A stretch of DNA of 64,000 nucleotides from an uncultured Bordetella sp. (GCA_964486865.1 CAZAOZ010000002.1:98352-162351); one strand, 5' to 3'; numbered from the stretch's first letter, positions 20,987-31,805 are shown. Notes: generated from the letters alone by a model not told the origin. Numbers and translations are program-made.

Positions 20987-22304
20987 GGGATGCCTGCATC
21001 AGGTTCTCGATGTCGGCCACGCTTTTCGGCGCCGCCGCGCTCAGCAGTTCGCATCCCTGCGCGGTGACCAGCGCATCGTCCTCGATGCGCACGCCGATGT
21101 GCGCCAGCGCGTCAGGCACGCCGGGGCCCGGACGGATATAGCAGCCCGGTTCGACCGTCAGCACCATGCCCGGCTGCAGCTCGCGCCATTCGCCGTTTTG
21201 CTTGTAATCCCCGGCGTCATGCACATCGAGACCCAGCCAATGTCCGGTGCGGTGCATGTAGAACTGTTTGTAGGTTTCCTGTTCGATCACGTCATCCAGC
21301 GTCCCGGAGAGCAGCCTGAGGTCGAGGAATCCCCGGGCGAGCACGCGCACCGCGGCCTCATGCGGCGCGTTCCAGCGCGCGCCGGGCCTGATCTCCGCAA
21401 CCGCCGCCGCCTGCGCCGCCAGCACCAGTTGATAGACATCCCGCTGCGCCGCACTGAAACGGCCGTTCACCGGAAACGTGCGCGTGATGTCGGCGGCATA
21501 GCCGTCGAGTTCGCACCCGGCGTCAATCAGCAACAGGTCGCCGTCGGCCAGCATGCCGCTGTTTTCGACGTAATGCAGCACGCAACTGTTCACGCCCCCG
21601 GCGACGATCGGCGTGTAGGCAGGCGCCTGCGCGCCGCTGCGGCGAAACTCGTGCAGCAGCACCGCTTCGATTTCGTACTCGGCAACGCCGGGGCGCGCGG
21701 CCCGCATCGCCCGGCGATGCGCTGCGGCGGAAATCGCCCCGGCGCGCCGCATCAGCCCGAGTTCCTCCGCGTCCTTGACCAGGCGCATGTCGTCGAGCAG
21801 CGCATGCACGTCATGAATGTCGCGCGGGGCCGCCACGCCGCTGCGCGCACGGCCGCGCACGGCATTGATCCAGCCCAGCACCCGCCCGTCCCAGCCTGCA
21901 TCGCCCCCCAGATGGACATGCACTGCGGGCCGGTTGCCCATCAAATCAGGCAGGCGTGCGTCGAGCTCTTCCACCGGATACGCGGCATCAAAGCCGAAGC
22001 TGGCGCACGCCGCCTCCGGGCCATGGCGGTGACCGTCCCAGATCTCCCGCTCGGGGTTTTTCGCGCGGCAGAACAGGATGCTTTGCGGCTGCTCGCCACC
22101 GAGCAGCACCAGCACGGCTTCGGGTTCGCGAAAACCCGTCAGGTAATAGAAATAACTGTCGTAGCGATAGGGATAATGCGCGTCGCGATTGCGTATGCGT
22201 TCCGGCGCCGTCGGCACGATGGCGATCCCCGCGCCGACCCCCTGCGCCAGCCGCGCCCGGCGACGCACGAAAACCGCGGGATCAAAATCAATCTGGGCGC
22301 TCAT
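20979..22304 (-). CDS. pepP: Xaa-Pro aminopeptidase (aminopeptidase P)
   Basis: N-terminal creatinase-like domain plus an M24 pita-bread domain (DGYAADITRTFPVNG...HGTGHWLGLDVHD...VLTVEPGCY). Confidence 0.9.
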   Translation of the reverse strand: MSAQIDFDPAVFVRRRARLAQGVGAGIAIVPTAPERIRNRDAHYPYRYDSYFYYLTGFREPEAVLVLLGGEQPQSILFCRAKNPEREIWDGHRHGPEAACASFGFDAAYPVEELDARLPDLMGNRPAVHVHLGGDAGWDGRVLGWINAVRGRARSGVAAPRDIHDVHALLDDMRLVKDAEELGLMRRAGAISAAAHRRAMRAARPGVAEYEIEAVLLHEFRRSGAQAPAYTPIVAGGVNSCVLHYVENSGMLADGDLLLIDAGCELDGYAADITRTFPVNGRFSAAQRDVYQLVLAAQAAAVAEIRPGARWNAPHEAAVRVLARGFLDLRLLSGTLDDVIEQETYKQFYMHRTGHWLGLDVHDAGDYKQNGEWRELQPGMVLTVEPGCYIRPGPGVPDALAHIGVRIEDDALVTAQGCELLSAAAPKSVADIENLMQASRD

Positions 22305-22336
22305 GGTTTATCGATTATAGCCGCCGCATCCGCAAC

Positions 22337-23023
22337 TCACCGGGCAGCGCGCAAGGCCTGATCCAGCGCAGCCAACCGCTCCGGGGTACCCACGTCCCGC
22401 CACACGCCGCGGTAGAGCTCCCCCGTGACCTGCCGCTGCGCCATGGCCGCAAGCAGCCGGTCGGCCAGTCGCGCGCGCGCGCCGCGGGCTATGCCGTCAA
22501 ACAACGCCGGGTGATAGGCGCCCATGCCGCTGAAGGTATGCCGTACCGCGGCATCCGCCAGCACCTGCCCCCCGGCCAGACCGAAATCCCCCTGCGGGTG
22601 CTGCGGCGGATTATCGACCAGCACCAGGTGCGCCAGCGGCCCCTGCGCCGACAGCGTGCGCGCCGCGGCAACCAGCCCGGAAAAATCATAATCGCTGTAA
22701 ACATCGGCATTGACGACGATGAACGGTGCGGCGCCGAGCAGCGGCAGCGCATAGGCAATGCCGCCCGCGGTTTCGAGCGCCTCGGCTTCGCGCGAATATT
22801 CGATATGCACGCCATGTGCGGCCCCATCACCCAGCGCGGCGACGATTTGTTCGCCAAGATGGGCCAGATTGATGACCAGTTCGCGGATGCCCGCGCGGGC
22901 CAGCGCTGCGATGAGGATTGCGATCAGCGGCGTGTCGTTCACCCGCAGCAGGGCCTTGGGCGTGAGATCGGTCAGCGGGCGCATGCGCTCGCCACGGCCG
23001 GCGGAGAGGATCATCGCTTTCAC
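22337..23023 (-). CDS. murU: N-acetylmuramate alpha-1-phosphate uridylyltransferase-like nucleotidyltransferase
   Basis: MKAMILSAGRGERMRPLTDLTPKALL is a sugar-phosphate nucleotidyltransferase signature. The gene is paired with an AmgK-like kinase upstream. Confidence 0.75.
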   Translation of the reverse strand: MKAMILSAGRGERMRPLTDLTPKALLRVNDTPLIAILIAALARAGIRELVINLAHLGEQIVAALGDGAAHGVHIEYSREAEALETAGGIAYALPLLGAAPFIVVNADVYSDYDFSGLVAAARTLSAQGPLAHLVLVDNPPQHPQGDFGLAGGQVLADAAVRHTFSGMGAYHPALFDGIARGARARLADRLLAAMAQRQVTGELYRGVWRDVGTPERLAALDQALRAAR

Positions 23024-23031
23024 TGCGCGCC

Positions 23032-24051
23032 TCAGAACGTGTAGCCGGTTTGCGGCGGACGCTGTTCCAGCTCATCGAGCAGGTGCGCCAGCGGGGCGAG
23101 CTGCGCATAACGCCCGCACACCGCGTGCGCGTACGCCAGAAAACGCGGCGCGTCTTCGAGATAGTCCGGCTTGCCGTCGCGATAGCGTATGCGCGCGAAT
23201 ATGCCGAGCACCTTCAGGTGGCGCTGCAGCCCCATCCACTCAAAGGCCCGGTAGAACGCGCCGAAATCGGCATCGACCGGCAATTGTGCGCGCCTCGCCC
23301 GCTCCCAATAGCGCACCGTCCAGTCGAGAACGCGCTCCTCGGGCCAGCTGATGAACGCATCCCTGAACAGCGAAGCCACGTCATAGGTAATCGGGCCGTA
23401 CACCGCATCCTGGAAGTCCAGCACGCCGGGATTCGGCTCGGACAGCATCAGGTTGCGCGGCATGTAATCGCGATGCACATACACTGCCGGCTGGGCGAGC
23501 GCGCTGTCGGCCAGCAGTCCGGTAACGCCGGCCAGTGTTTCACGCTGCGTGTCGGACAGCGTCAGCGCAAGATGACGTTTCACGTACCACTCCGGAAACA
23601 GGTCCATTTCCCGCTGCAGCAGCGCGCGGTCATAGGGCGGCAGCACGCCGGGCCGGCCCGCGCACTGCCACGCAATCAGGGCGCCGGTTGCATCCGCAAA
23701 CAACGCATCGGCGTTGGTGTCGGTCAGCGCGCGCAAATACGTGGTATCGCCAAGATCCGTGAGCAGCAGAAACCCCTGGGCCACATCGCCGGCAATCACT
23801 TCGGGCACGTGCAGGCCGGCCTCGCGCATCAGCTGCGCAACCTGCACGAAGGGCCGGCAATCTTCCCGTTCCGGCGGCGCATCCATGGCGATGCGCGTGC
23901 CGCCAGCGAACGTCACCCGGAAATAGCGGCGAAAACTGGCGTCCGCCGAGGCGGGTGCGAGCGTGAACGACGCGCCTGCCAACGCTGTGGTCAGCCATGC
24001 GCGCAGCGCTGCGAGGCGCGCGTCGTGTCCGGCGGCGGGAGACGGATTCAA
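23032..24051 (-). CDS. amgK: Aminoglycoside-phosphotransferase-fold anomeric MurNAc/GlcNAc kinase
   Basis: SFRRYFRV...VHRDYMPRNLM...LDFQDAV motifs of the APH/choline-kinase fold. Conserved pairing with murU and divergence from lptD. Confidence 0.75.
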   Translation of the reverse strand: MNPSPAAGHDARLAALRAWLTTALAGASFTLAPASADASFRRYFRVTFAGGTRIAMDAPPEREDCRPFVQVAQLMREAGLHVPEVIAGDVAQGFLLLTDLGDTTYLRALTDTNADALFADATGALIAWQCAGRPGVLPPYDRALLQREMDLFPEWYVKRHLALTLSDTQRETLAGVTGLLADSALAQPAVYVHRDYMPRNLMLSEPNPGVLDFQDAVYGPITYDVASLFRDAFISWPEERVLDWTVRYWERARRAQLPVDADFGAFYRAFEWMGLQRHLKVLGIFARIRYRDGKPDYLEDAPRFLAYAHAVCGRYAQLAPLAHLLDELEQRPPQTGYTF

Positions 24052-24108
24052 GCGTTGCTTAAGCCCATGAATTGTGAGATTTTAGCACCTCGCCTGACCC
24101 CACCCCTG

Positions 24109-26412
24109 ATGCCCCACACCAGAAAAACCCGGATCGCCATCGCAGTGTTATGCGCGCTGCCGCTGCTCGCCGGAGCAGAACAGGGGCTCAGTCTCAAGCG
24201 ACAACCCTTCCTGCTGCCATTGCCGCCGGAAATTGACGATCCGGTACCGCTGTTCATCGAGGCCGATCGCCTGCAGGGTACGCAGGACCGCGAAACCGAT
24301 GCGGAGGGCAACGCCCGCCTGCGCAAGCGCGGTCAGGCATTTCATGCCGACCGTTTGCGCCACGACAAGCCGACGAATGTGCTGACCGCTGAAGGCAACG
24401 TACACCTTGAACAAGGCAGCGATGTCATCGATGGCGACTCGCTGTATTACGAGCTCACGACGGACCGCGGCCACATGAACCGGCCGCGCTACATGCTGAT
24501 GAGCGTACCGCCGTCCGGCCCGCCGGGATCCGCCACGGCGCGCTTCGGCCAGACCGACGCCCGCGGCACGGCGGAACGCATGCTGTTCGAGGGGCCGGGC
24601 CAGTACCGCATCGAGAAAGCCAGCTACACGACCTGCGAGCCGGGCAACGATTCGTGGTTCCTGCGCGCCAGACAGATCGACATCGATCGTTCGCGCGATG
24701 TCGGCGTCGCCCGTGACGCCAGCATCGTGTTTTTCGATCAGACCATTTTTTACACGCCATATTTGTCGTTTTCGCTCCATCAGCAGCGCAAGTCGGGATT
24801 CCTGACGCCCAGTTACCGCAGCTCGAACACCACCGGCTTTGAACTCACGGTACCGTATTACTGGAATATTGCGCCGGCAATGGATGCCACCCTGTATCCG
24901 CGCTACATGACCAAACGCGGGATACAGCTCGGCAGCGAGTTTCGCTATCTCGACCGCCGCTGGAAGGGCGACGCGCGCGTCGAAATCCTGCCCGGCGACC
25001 AGCAGATCAGCCGCGACCGCTGGGGAGTTTTCACCAAGCATCAGCAGACTTTCGCCAATGGCTGGAACGGCACGGTCAATCTGAACCGCGTCTCCGACGG
25101 CAAGTACTTCACCGACCTGTCCACGCTGGTCGCGACGACATCACAGGTGCATTTGTCAAACGACGCAACGCTGTCGCGCGGCGGCACCTGGGGCGACGCC
25201 GGAACCTATGGTTTCTCGGTGCACACCCAGCGCTTCCAGACGCTGCAATCCGACCCGCTGGCGCCGCTGGTGCCGCCGTACCATCGACAGCCGCAACTGA
25301 CACTGACCGCGCAGCGCCTCGGCGGCGCCTGGGGCGACTTCGATCTGCTCGGAAATTTTGTTGCGTTCGATCACCCCACCATGGTCAACGGCCGCCGGCT
25401 GGTGGCCTATCCCGCGGTCTCCCTGCCATTGCAGACGCCCTATGCATTCGTCGTACCGAAAATCGGCATGCACATGACGCAGTATTCAATCAACAGCAAC
25501 AATACCGCAGGTCTGCAGAACAGCTCGCGGGTGCTGCCGATTTTCAGCGCCGAGAGCGGCGTGGTATTCGAACGGCAGACGCACGCCGGCGGCCAGAATC
25601 TGATCCAGACCCTGGAGCCGAAAGCGTATTACGTTTACATCCCCTACAAGGATCAAAGCCGCCTGCCGAATTTCGAGAGCGGCCTGCAGGACATCAATTT
25701 TGCGACCATCTTCACCGAGAACCAGTTCAGCGGCCAGGATCGCATCAATGACGCCAGCCAGGTCACGGTGGGCGTCACCTCGCGGTTCATCGGCGCCGAC
25801 AGCGGGATCGAGCGTCTGCGCGCCGGGCTGGCGCAGCGCTACTATTTCCAGTCACAGCGCGTCACCGTGCCCGGGGTCGCGCCGCGCGCCAGCGACAGCA
25901 ACTCCTCCGACCTGCTGGCGACGCTGGGCGGCAATATCGCCCGGCACTGGACTGCCGATGCCGGCTGGCAATACAACACCGATCTGAAACAGACCCAGAA
26001 ATTCAACATCGCCGGCCGCTACCAGCCGCAACAGGGCAAGGTGATCAATCTGGCCTACCGCGACACGGTCAATACGCTGCGCCAGGCCGACATCTCCACG
26101 CAATGGCCGATCGACGGCCGCTGGTCCGCGGTCGGCCGCTGGAACTTTTCCATACGCGACCACCGGACGCTGGAAGGTCTGGCTGGTTTCGAGTACAACG
26201 ACCGCTGCTGGGCCCTGCGCATCGTGGCTCACCGCTTCGCAACCACCACCAACAGCGCCAGCACCTCCATTTTCGTGCAGCTCGAACTGAACGGCGTATC
26301 ACGGATCGGCACCAATCCGCTGGAGGTGCTGAAGCGGAACATCAGCGGTTACAAGCCGTTCGATCCCCGCACGGCCACCCCGGTCGAATACAATGTACCG
26401 GGATTGTTCTAG
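24109..26412 (+). CDS. lptD: LPS-assembly outer membrane protein LptD
   Basis: From the frame of ORF 23050..26412, started at ATG 24109 (signal peptide MPHTRKTRIAIAVLCALPLLAGA); ATG 24067 is an alternative. It has an OstA-like N-domain and a long beta-barrel, and is followed by surA-pdxA-rsmA. Confidence 0.9.
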   Translation: MPHTRKTRIAIAVLCALPLLAGAEQGLSLKRQPFLLPLPPEIDDPVPLFIEADRLQGTQDRETDAEGNARLRKRGQAFHADRLRHDKPTNVLTAEGNVHLEQGSDVIDGDSLYYELTTDRGHMNRPRYMLMSVPPSGPPGSATARFGQTDARGTAERMLFEGPGQYRIEKASYTTCEPGNDSWFLRARQIDIDRSRDVGVARDASIVFFDQTIFYTPYLSFSLHQQRKSGFLTPSYRSSNTTGFELTVPYYWNIAPAMDATLYPRYMTKRGIQLGSEFRYLDRRWKGDARVEILPGDQQISRDRWGVFTKHQQTFANGWNGTVNLNRVSDGKYFTDLSTLVATTSQVHLSNDATLSRGGTWGDAGTYGFSVHTQRFQTLQSDPLAPLVPPYHRQPQLTLTAQRLGGAWGDFDLLGNFVAFDHPTMVNGRRLVAYPAVSLPLQTPYAFVVPKIGMHMTQYSINSNNTAGLQNSSRVLPIFSAESGVVFERQTHAGGQNLIQTLEPKAYYVYIPYKDQSRLPNFESGLQDINFATIFTENQFSGQDRINDASQVTVGVTSRFIGADSGIERLRAGLAQRYYFQSQRVTVPGVAPRASDSNSSDLLATLGGNIARHWTADAGWQYNTDLKQTQKFNIAGRYQPQQGKVINLAYRDTVNTLRQADISTQWPIDGRWSAVGRWNFSIRDHRTLEGLAGFEYNDRCWALRIVAHRFATTTNSASTSIFVQLELNGVSRIGTNPLEVLKRNISGYKPFDPRTATPVEYNVPGLF

Positions 26413-26472
26413 GTTACGGGTTGCCGCCCGGCCGGAACGAGCATTGCAACCATTTTTCAAGAATCCGGATTC

Positions 26473-27804
26473 ATGATGCCTTTGCCGAAACTGGTGTGCC
26501 GTCTCGCCCTGTCCGTTCTGGTGCTGTTGCCGGCCGGGTTGCCGGGAATTGCGTGGGCGCAGGCCGCCAAGCCGCGGGTGGTCACCGTTGACCGCATCGT
26601 GGCCGTAGTCAACGATGAAGTCATCACGCAGCAGGAACTCCGGGCGCGTGTGGAATTTGCCTTTGGCCAATTGCGCCGGCAGGGCACGCCGCTGCCGCCC
26701 CGCGCCGATATCGAACGCCAGGTCATCGACCGCCTGATCAATGACAAAGTGCAGATTCAGCACGCGCGCGACATCGGCATGCGCGTGGACGATGCCGAGC
26801 TCGACCGGGCGGTGGCGCGCATTGCCGACGAGAACAAGCTGTCGCTGACCCAGATGCGGGCGACACTGGAAAAAGACGGGGTGCCGTTCGACAAGTTCCG
26901 CGAGGACATTCGCAACGAAATCACCATGTCCCGCCTGCGCGATCGCGAGGTGGCCCAGAAAATCGTTGTCACCGAAACCGAGATCGACCACTTCATACAG
27001 GCCCAGCAGGCGCAGAAGGGCCGGAACGACGAATTCGACGTGTCGCATATCCTGGTTGCCGTACCGGAAAATGCCGCGCCGGAACAACTGCAGGCGCGCC
27101 GCGCCCGCGCGGAGCAGGCGCTGGCGCAGATCAGGAGCGGCGCCGACTTCCGCCAGGTTGCCGCTGCGTTCTCCGACGCACCCGAAGCACTGCAGGGCGG
27201 CGCGCTCGGCTGGCGGCCGGCGGACCGGCTGCCGGGGCTGTTTGTGGACGCACTGCAACCGCTGAAGGCCGGCGAGCTGACCGAACTGCTGCGCAGCCCC
27301 AATGGTTTCCATATTCTCCGGCTGAACGAGCGTCGCGGCGGGCAGCCGCCCATCATGGTGCAGCAGACCCGGGCGCGGCACATACTCATCAAGACCAACG
27401 AACTGGTTTCGGAGGCCGAGGCGCGCAACCGCCTGCTGGCGCTCAAGGAGCGCCTGGACAACAAGGCGGATTTCGCGGAACTGGCGCGGGCACGCTCCGA
27501 GGACACCAGTGCGACCCGCGGCGGCGACCTCGGCTGGATCTCCCCGGGCGACACCGTGCCCGAATTCGAACAGGCGATGAACGCGCTGAAAATCAATGAA
27601 ATCAGCCCCCCGGTGCGCAGCCCGTTTGGCTGGCATTTGATCGAGGTGCTCGAACGCCGCACGCAGGACATGACCCGCGAAGGCCTGCGCTTCAATGCGC
27701 GCCAGGTGCTGCGCGAGCGCAAAACCGACGAGGCTTATCAGGAGTGGGTGCGCCAGTTGCGCGACCGCGCCTACGTCGAACGGCGCCTCGAAGACCGGAC
27801 CTGA
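26473..27804 (+). CDS. surA: Periplasmic chaperone / peptidyl-prolyl isomerase SurA
   Basis: Signal peptide, then VDRIVAVVNDEVITQQEL, then two parvulin domains (HILV...GGDLGW, HILI...GGDLGWISPG). Confidence 0.9.
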   Translation: MMPLPKLVCRLALSVLVLLPAGLPGIAWAQAAKPRVVTVDRIVAVVNDEVITQQELRARVEFAFGQLRRQGTPLPPRADIERQVIDRLINDKVQIQHARDIGMRVDDAELDRAVARIADENKLSLTQMRATLEKDGVPFDKFREDIRNEITMSRLRDREVAQKIVVTETEIDHFIQAQQAQKGRNDEFDVSHILVAVPENAAPEQLQARRARAEQALAQIRSGADFRQVAAAFSDAPEALQGGALGWRPADRLPGLFVDALQPLKAGELTELLRSPNGFHILRLNERRGGQPPIMVQQTRARHILIKTNELVSEAEARNRLLALKERLDNKADFAELARARSEDTSATRGGDLGWISPGDTVPEFEQAMNALKINEISPPVRSPFGWHLIEVLERRTQDMTREGLRFNARQVLRERKTDEAYQEWVRQLRDRAYVERRLEDRT

Positions 27805-27836
27805 GTCCGCTGCCCCGATACGCTCCGGCGACGTCC

Positions 27837-28835
27837 GTGCCTGCCCCATCGTCACTGCCGCTGGTCGCCGTCACCGCCGGGGAACCCGCGGGCATCGGCC
27901 CGGATCTGTGCGTCATGCTGGCCGCACGCACCCTGCCCGCGCGGGTGGTGGTCATTGCTGACGCCGAACTGCTGCGCGCGCGGGCGCGCATGCTGGGCCG
28001 CACTTTCCCTGCCGATGCATTCAGCTCCCGGGACGCCGCACCGCCATTTTCAGTACTGCACGTGCCGCTGGTCAGCCCGGCGCAGCCGGGAAAACCTGAT
28101 CCGGCCAACAGCCCTTACGTGCTGCGCACGCTGGCGCTTGCTGCCGACGGCTGCCGCGACGGCCTGTTCGACGCCATGACCACCGCGCCGGTACACAAGG
28201 GCGTCATCAACGACGCCGGCATCGCCTTCACCGGCCATACCGAGTTTCTCGCGGAGCGGCTGCACTCGGCCCAGGTCGTCATGATGCTCGTCGGCGGCGG
28301 CATGCGCGTCGCACTGGCCACCACGCACCTGCCGGTGCATGCCGTTGCCGCGGCCATTACCGCGGATGGGCTGGAGCGGACGCTGCGCGTGCTGCACGCC
28401 GACCTGGTGGCGCGATTCGCCATCCCGCGGCCGCGCATACTCGTCGCCGGTCTCAATCCGCATGCCGGGGAATCCGGGCATCTCGGCCGCGAGGAAATCG
28501 ATGTCATCGTGCCGGTGCTCGACCGGCTGCGCGGTGCAGGCATGGACCTCACCGGCCCGCTGCCCGCCGACACGCTGTTCCAGCCCGAGCGGCTGCGGCA
28601 ATGCGACTGCGTGCTGGCGATGTACCACGATCAGGGCCTGCCGGTGCTCAAGTTCGCGAGTTTCGGCGGCGGCGTCAACGTCACGCTCGGGCTGCCGATC
28701 ATCCGCACCTCGGTCGATCACGGCACGGCGCTGGACCTTGCCGGCACCGGGGAAGCCGGCGACGGCAGCCTGGTCGCCGCCATTGAACTGGCGGCCGAAC
28801 TCGTCGTGCGCAGCCGGGATCGCGCCGCGGCATGA
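27837..28835 (+). CDS. pdxA: 4-hydroxythreonine-4-phosphate dehydrogenase
   Basis: Frame of ORF 27744..28835. LPLVAVTAGEPAGIGPDL...GHTEFLA...GLNPHAGE...TSVDHGTALD. The start is uncertain; I chose GTG 27837 because the longer forms overlap surA. Confidence 0.85.
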   Translation: MPAPSSLPLVAVTAGEPAGIGPDLCVMLAARTLPARVVVIADAELLRARARMLGRTFPADAFSSRDAAPPFSVLHVPLVSPAQPGKPDPANSPYVLRTLALAADGCRDGLFDAMTTAPVHKGVINDAGIAFTGHTEFLAERLHSAQVVMMLVGGGMRVALATTHLPVHAVAAAITADGLERTLRVLHADLVARFAIPRPRILVAGLNPHAGESGHLGREEIDVIVPVLDRLRGAGMDLTGPLPADTLFQPERLRQCDCVLAMYHDQGLPVLKFASFGGGVNVTLGLPIIRTSVDHGTALDLAGTGEAGDGSLVAAIELAAELVVRSRDRAAA

Positions 28836-29623
28836 CTGCGCGTCCTTCGGCAAAACACATTCCGCGCAAGCGTTTCGGCCAGAATTTCCTGGTCGATGAG
28901 TCCGTGGTTGCCGATATCGTCGCCGCCATCAACCCGGCGCGCAGCGACAATGTCGTCGAAGTCGGGCCGGGCCTGGGCGCGCTGACCACGCCGCTGCTCA
29001 AACGGCTGGACCGCCTGCATGTGGTTGAAATCGACCGCGATCTGATCGCGCGGCTGCGCGAACGTTATGCCCGGGACAATCTGGTCATCCACGAAGGCGA
29101 CGTGCTCCGCTTCGATTTCGCCGCGCTGGGCAGCGATCTGCGCGTCGCCGGCAATCTGCCTTACAACATTTCGACGCCCCTGCTGTTCCGTTTTGCCGAA
29201 TTTGCCGCAAACATCCGCGACATCCATGTGATGCTGCAGCGGGAAGTGGTTGAGCGCATGGTCGCCGCACCCGGCGATTCGGAGTTCAGCCGGCTGTCGG
29301 TGATGCTGCAATACCGGTTCGACATGGAAAAACTGCTGGATGTGCCGGCCGCATCGTTTGACCCCGCACCCAGGGTGGAGTCAGCCGTGGTGCGACTGAT
29401 GCCGCTGTCGCCGCTGCCCTGGCCGGCGCGCGATGAGGCCGTATTCAGCAGCGTCGTCGCCCGCGCCTTCGGTCAGCGCCGCAAGACGCTGCGCAACACG
29501 CTGAAAGGCGTGGTCGCCGCCGACGAGTTCGCGCGGCTCGGTATCAACCCCGGCGCGCGGGCGCAGGAACTTTCAGTAGCGGATTTTGTGCGTATCGCCG
29601 ACGCGGTGGCGGCCCGCGCCTGA
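28832..29623 (+). CDS. rsmA: 16S rRNA (adenine1518/1519-N6)-dimethyltransferase
   Basis: KRFGQNFLVDESVV...VVEVGPGLGALT...GNLPYNISTP. The start overlaps the pdxA stop (ATGA). Confidence 0.9.
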   Translation: MTARPSAKHIPRKRFGQNFLVDESVVADIVAAINPARSDNVVEVGPGLGALTTPLLKRLDRLHVVEIDRDLIARLRERYARDNLVIHEGDVLRFDFAALGSDLRVAGNLPYNISTPLLFRFAEFAANIRDIHVMLQREVVERMVAAPGDSEFSRLSVMLQYRFDMEKLLDVPAASFDPAPRVESAVVRLMPLSPLPWPARDEAVFSSVVARAFGQRRKTLRNTLKGVVAADEFARLGINPGARAQELSVADFVRIADAVAARA

Positions 29624-29639
29624 AAGCACGGACAGCGAC

Positions 29640-30032
29640 TCAGGCCGCGGCTTTGCGCTGGACGAATTCTATTTTATAGCCGTCGGGATCTTCGACAAAG
29701 GCAATCACCGTGGTGCCATGCTTCATCGGCCCCGGCTCGCGCGTCACCTTGCCGCCGCGCTTCCTGACCTCGTCGCAGGCCTTGTACGCGTCCTCGACTT
29801 CCACGGCGACATGGCCGTAGCCGCTGCCCATGTCATAGGACTTGGTATCCCAGTTGTGGGTCAGTTCCAGCACCGCGGTGCGCGACTCATCGTCGTAACC
29901 GACAAAGGCATTGGTGAAACGCCCGCTCGGATAATCGGCCCTGCGCAGCAGGCGCATGCCCAGCACCTGCGTATAGAAATCAATCGAGCGCTGCAGGTCG
30001 CCGACGCGAATCATCGTGTGCAGCAGTCTCAT
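29640..30032 (-). CDS. gloA: Lactoylglutathione lyase (glyoxalase I)
   Basis: [26 protein letters not shown]...LELTHNWD...GYGHVAVEV...[11 protein letters not shown]. Confidence 0.9.
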   Translation of the reverse strand: MRLLHTMIRVGDLQRSIDFYTQVLGMRLLRRADYPSGRFTNAFVGYDDESRTAVLELTHNWDTKSYDMGSGYGHVAVEVEDAYKACDEVRKRGGKVTREPGPMKHGTTVIAFVEDPDGYKIEFVQRKAAA

Positions 30033-30048
30033 GCGCGCATCGTCCCCG

Positions 30049-30234
30049 TCAAATCTGCACCATTTCGAAATCTTCCTTGCGCGCGCCGCACTCGGGGCAG
30101 GTCCAGTTCATCGGCACATCTTCCCATTTCGTGCCCGGCGCGATGCCTTCGTCAGGCACTCCCGCGGCTTCGTCGTAGATGTGGCCGCAGATCAAGCACA
30201 TGTATTTTTTGAATTGTCCGGCGTCAGTCATCAT
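30049..30234 (-). CDS. Rubredoxin
   Basis: ORF 30049..30303 trimmed to ATG 30234 (61 aa). It has the two metal-binding pairs CLICG and CPECG together with the WEDVPMNW motif. Confidence 0.85.
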   Translation of the reverse strand: MMTDAGQFKKYMCLICGHIYDEAAGVPDEGIAPGTKWEDVPMNWTCPECGARKEDFEMVQI

Positions 30235-30321
30235 CAAGGTCTTCTGAGTCAAATAAGTTACAATTCCCTGCGTTATTCTAGCCGATCCCGCTCCTCTTCC
30301 CAATCAGCACCTTCCGATCCG

Positions 30322-31179
30322 ATGACCGACGCACCACCCATCGTCCTGGTGTTTGCCGCCACCGACCCGACCGGCGGCGCGGGACTGCAGGCGGACATCC
30401 TGACGCTCGCCAGCATGGGCTGTCATCCGGTGTCGGTGGTCACCGCCATCACCATTCAGGACACCATGGGCGTCGATGAAGTACAGCCCATCGACGGCGA
30501 ATGGGTCGCCGATCAGGCGCGCTGCATCCTTGAAGACATGCCGGTCGCGGCCTTCAAGATCGGCGTGCTGGGCAGCCTCGAGGCCGTCGCCGCAGTGGCC
30601 GAGGTCGTATCCGATTATCCGGAAATCCCGCTGATCCTCGACCCCGTGCTGGCCTCGGGCCGCGGCGACGAACTGGCGTCCGAGGAAATGCTCGCTGCGA
30701 TCCGCGAACTGCTGATCCCGCAGACCACCATCGTCACGCCGAACAGCATCGAAGCGCGGCGCCTCGCTGCCGACGACAGCGACGACGATAATGACAGCCC
30801 CGACCTCGCGGAATGCGCCCGGCGCATCCTCGCTTCGGGATGTGAATATGTGCTGATCACCGGAACGCACGAGAACACCGAAGAAGTCACCAACACGCTG
30901 TACAACAACGAGGGCGTTGTGCGCAGCGATTCGTGGCCGCGGCTGCCCGGCAGCTATCACGGCTCCGGCTGCACGCTGGCTTCCGCGCTGGCGGCCACCA
31001 TCGCCAACGGCGTCGATATGCAGGAAGCCGTCCGCGACGCGCAGGAATACACCTGGCAATCGCTGAAGCTCGCGTTCCGGCCGGGCATGGGCCAGTACAT
31101 TCCGGACCGGCTGTTCTGGGCCCGCGACGAGGATGCCGCGCCCGGCGCGACCGAAGGCGACGGCGAACCACAGCCGTGA
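30322..31179 (+). CDS. thiD: Hydroxymethylpyrimidine / phosphomethylpyrimidine kinase
   Basis: Frame of ORF 30016..31179, starting at ATG 30322. VLVFAATDPTGGAGLQADILT...KIGVLGS...TPNSIEARRL...GTHENT...GSGCTLASALAA. Confidence 0.85.
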   Translation: MTDAPPIVLVFAATDPTGGAGLQADILTLASMGCHPVSVVTAITIQDTMGVDEVQPIDGEWVADQARCILEDMPVAAFKIGVLGSLEAVAAVAEVVSDYPEIPLILDPVLASGRGDELASEEMLAAIRELLIPQTTIVTPNSIEARRLAADDSDDDNDSPDLAECARRILASGCEYVLITGTHENTEEVTNTLYNNEGVVRSDSWPRLPGSYHGSGCTLASALAATIANGVDMQEAVRDAQEYTWQSLKLAFRPGMGQYIPDRLFWARDEDAAPGATEGDGEPQP

Positions 31180-31805
31180 AAGCGCGGATCGCCGGTCTTT
31201 ACGCGATCACCCCCGATCTCGCCGACAGCGCCGATTTGCGGCGGCGGGTGCAGGCCGCATTGCGCGGCGGCGCGCAGGTCATCCAGTATCGCAACAAGAC
31301 CGCAGCGCCGGCATTGCGCGCGGAGCAGGCACGCATGCTGCAAATCCTCTGCGCCGAATTCAACGTGCCGCTGATCATCAATGACCATGCGGCGCTGGCC
31401 GCGGAGACCGGCGCCGCCGGCCTGCACCTGGGCGGGGACGACGGCGACATCGCCGCGGCGCGGGCACAACTCGATCCGGACAAATTGCTGGGCGCTTCCT
31501 GTTACGACCGCATCGAACTGGCGCAAGCGGCGATTGCCGCGGGCGCCGACCACATCGCCTTCGGCAGCTTTTTCCCGTCCACCGTCAAACCGGGGGCGGT
31601 GCGCCCGCCGCTCGATCTGCTGACCCGCGCCAAGGCCCGCTACGGGGTGCCGGTGGTCGCCATCGGCGGCATCACCCTGGACAACGCGCCGCAACTGATC
31701 GCCGCCGGCGCCGATGCCATCGCCGTCATTTCCGCGGTATTCTCGGCACCCGATGTGGAAAAAGCGGCGCGCGCCTTTCAATCGTTGTTCAAAAAGTCCT
31801 CATGA
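31176..31805 (+). CDS. thiE: Thiamine-phosphate synthase
   Basis: Frame of ORF 30933..31805, starting at GTG 31176, which overlaps the thiD stop (GTGA). LYAITPD...IQYRNK...INDHAALA...GLHLG...VVAIGGIT...[12 protein letters not shown]. Confidence 0.85.
   Translation: MKARIAGLYAITPDLADSADLRRRVQAALRGGAQVIQYRNKTAAPALRAEQARMLQILCAEFNVPLIINDHAALAAETGAAGLHLGGDDGDIAAARAQLDPDKLLGASCYDRIELAQAAIAAGADHIAFGSFFPSTVKPGAVRPPLDLLTRAKARYGVPVVAIGGITLDNAPQLIAAGADAIAVISAVFSAPDVEKAARAFQSLFKKSS

Noticed and set aside
23050-24108. N-terminal extension of the lptD frame, giving a 1120-aa ORF from 23050.
   Set aside because: The first 350 codons are antisense to the well-supported amgK gene and look like GC-rich noise. 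The LptD signal peptide and homology begin at about 24109.
30235-30321. Possible TPP riboswitch upstream of thiD-thiE.
   Set aside because: The leader is only ~87 nt and lacks the conserved CUGAGA...ACCUGAUCUGGAUAAUGCCAGCG core. Only an isolated CTGAG is present.
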